Source: Podarcis bocagei
Lineage: Eukaryota
Length of the DNA stretch: 64,000 nucleotides
Reading direction: 5' to 3' (one strand)
Assembly (NCBI GenBank): GCA_964188305.1
Contig: OZ076900.1
Below the pieces are notes generated by a model. It did not search any database. It saw only the letters and a list, made by a program, of their open reading frames with translations, and was not told the origin of the DNA. Shown one piece after another: positions 61,809 to 64,000 of the stretch. Each line of letters starts with the position of its first letter. Position 1 is the stretch's first letter. Position numbers and translations under genes: made by a program.

Positions 61809-64000
61809 TACTTTTTTCCCAGGCCTGCCTGCCTTCTCCAGAAGGAATGTTTGGGTGGCCTCAGGGACCCATTCTACATTGTTCTTTTAAAAGCATGGCT
61901 GCAGTCTTTCAGATCATGTGACAGATAAAAAATACCATGTGAGAACATTCCAGATAATGGACTATGCATGCTCAAGATGGTCAATCAGCCATCCTCAGTC
62001 TGCATGGCAAACTGCTTTTGAAACTGAGTACTGTATGGAGATTTGCTATTCCAAAAAAAAAGTCAAAATGTTCCACAAGGTTCACCTAATAGCTCTTTGT
62101 ATTCTAGCCATTATCCTTTTTAAATCAATGTAGTAAGCTGCCTTATACTGAGGAAGTCCACTGTGCCATATAACTCAATACTGTCTACATTGACTGGCAG
62201 CAGTTCTCCAGGGTTTCAGGCAGGGGCCATTTCCAGCCCTACCTGAACATGCTGGTGATTCACCCTGGAAGCTTCTGCATTCAAAGCAGATGCTCAGCCA
62301 CTGAGCTATAGTCCTCCCTCTATTCAGGTGCTTATATTACCCTCACATGAAATTTCAATCCATATTCACACACAAATATGATTCATTTGTGCCCTTGTCT
62401 TAAGAAGCAACCATGTGGCATGACCCTAAGCATGTTTATGCTAAGTAAGCCAACCAAGCTCAGTATTATTTGTTATTAAACATATTTTTTGAGCTATTGC
62501 AGATGAGTTTGTGGTTTTTTGAAATAGTATGCACAAAGTCTTATTTCTCAGGAAAAGTTGATGCAGTCTGCTGCACATCCTAGGCTAAGTTCTAACCTCA
62601 CATTGGTTAGAAATATTTTAGCAGGACAGAAACAAGGAGAAGTAACAGATTTCCTTCTCTCCGCAAGGCAGCATGTGATGCAGACACACCCTAAGAGAAA
62701 AATTGTCATTCCTTCTAAAACAATGTAGATTGACTGGTTTCTTAATCTAAAGATGACTCATATTTTAAAGTTGCCTTTAACTATTTTGGGTGTGGACAGC
62801 TTTGTTTAACTGATCACACAGAATAATGAATGCAAACTGGACCTACATTTACTGGTGTAACTGTATAAGCTTCTTGGTGTCACAAAGCTCTAATTAGGCA
62901 GACCGGACCATTCCATTGTCCCAAGAGAGCAGTTATGCATAATTAAGGCTGCAATTCAGTGCACACTTTGGACTACAGTAGTTGCACCAAGCTTAGTTGG
63001 GCTTGCTTCTAGCTAAACATGCAAACAACTGGGCTACAAGAATCTGATACAAAGTTACCCCCATAAATATTAGTTTCATTAAAAAAATGCATTCCTTTTA
63101 ATAAACCAAACAATTTTATGTTGGCACAAACAAACTATAAATGTTAAGAGATCCATATTTTGCAAAAAGAAAAAAAAGTTTTGCAAAACAAAAAGTTAGT
63201 ATAGCCTTTCATGCTTTCCAGTTATGTGGATATACTTGAAGTCTCATTCATATCTGGCTTATTTTTGAAGCTCAGAGGCTGATTATAAAAAGAAATTGTG
63301 AAGTCAACAGTCCAAGACCTCAGTCTCTCCAATAATAACTTTCCGTGTGTTTCAGGGAGGCTTTCTAAATGAAAGGAAACTGCTTTATTTAAGCTCAGCC
63401 TCTTGGAGAGTGGAGCTGCCTGTTACAAGCTGTAGAGTTGATTGGCTGCCTGCACTGCTTCCTGTGTTGTGATTTGAAGCAAACAGGACGCAGCCCAGCT
63501 AGCTGAAACAAGTAGGGATTGGAGCGCATGTTACCACTGTGCAGGCCTGACAAAGAGCTCTCACAGCTCCTGGGGCTTAGTTTCCCCCTTTCAAACCACA
63601 TCCTAACCAAAGTGCAACTGTCAAACAGAAAAGTTTGGTGTACGAGACTAGAGACTAGATAGAGATTAAGAGAAACCGTGTTTGAGCTGAGCTACTTTTT
63701 TAGTACTGCTCGTCTTTCACAATGAATTCCAACTTTTAAGTGGGGCTTTCAACACAGGATTTGAAAAGAAGAAAAGACAAAGCAAACGCTGTAAGTGCCT
63801 CCCTCTCCCCTCCCTCAAAATACCATTGAGGAATCTCAACAGCAGCATACAATTTTAGAAGATAACATTGCTAAGTTATAGATACTTTTAAAACAGGACA
63901 AACTTGACTTGGCTTATTATGGATATTTGGACATTTGCCTCTTTTGTTATCTGCTCAGAAAATTAAATGAAGATTTGGTATGGGGATAGTCTGATAAAGT

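Overview
Vertebrate genomic DNA, almost certainly a lacertid lizard (Podarcis-like), judged from abundant Sauria/Squam1 and Squam3 SINEs, a Bov-B LINE remnant and lizard-type Tc1/mariner and hAT MITEs. Two intron-rich genes lie head-to-head, as in the C5-CNTRL arrangement of mammals. On the minus strand, complement C5 coding exons 1-20 (34092 to 791) encode the signal peptide, the whole beta chain, C5a and the start of the alpha chain; all have GT-AG boundaries and form a continuous frame. On the plus strand, centriolin (CNTRL) has a CpG-island promoter at ~39.6-40.1 kb and ten coding exons (45790-60378; LRR domain then coiled coil). Both genes continue outside the window. I found no wholly new gene system. 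The most notable observations are: the position orthologous to the CNTRL start codon reads ATA and is overlapped by a uORF stop; the C5 beta/alpha linker is RSSR, lacking a basic P2; a Bov-B fragment and a Sauria SINE are stacked at one site with a triplicated 13-bp TSD; a hAT MITE carries telomeric TTAGGG units; an RFX X-box sits in the CNTRL promoter; and there is a candidate internal CNTRL promoter near the window end. Comparisons to human genes and repeat families are from memory, not from searches.
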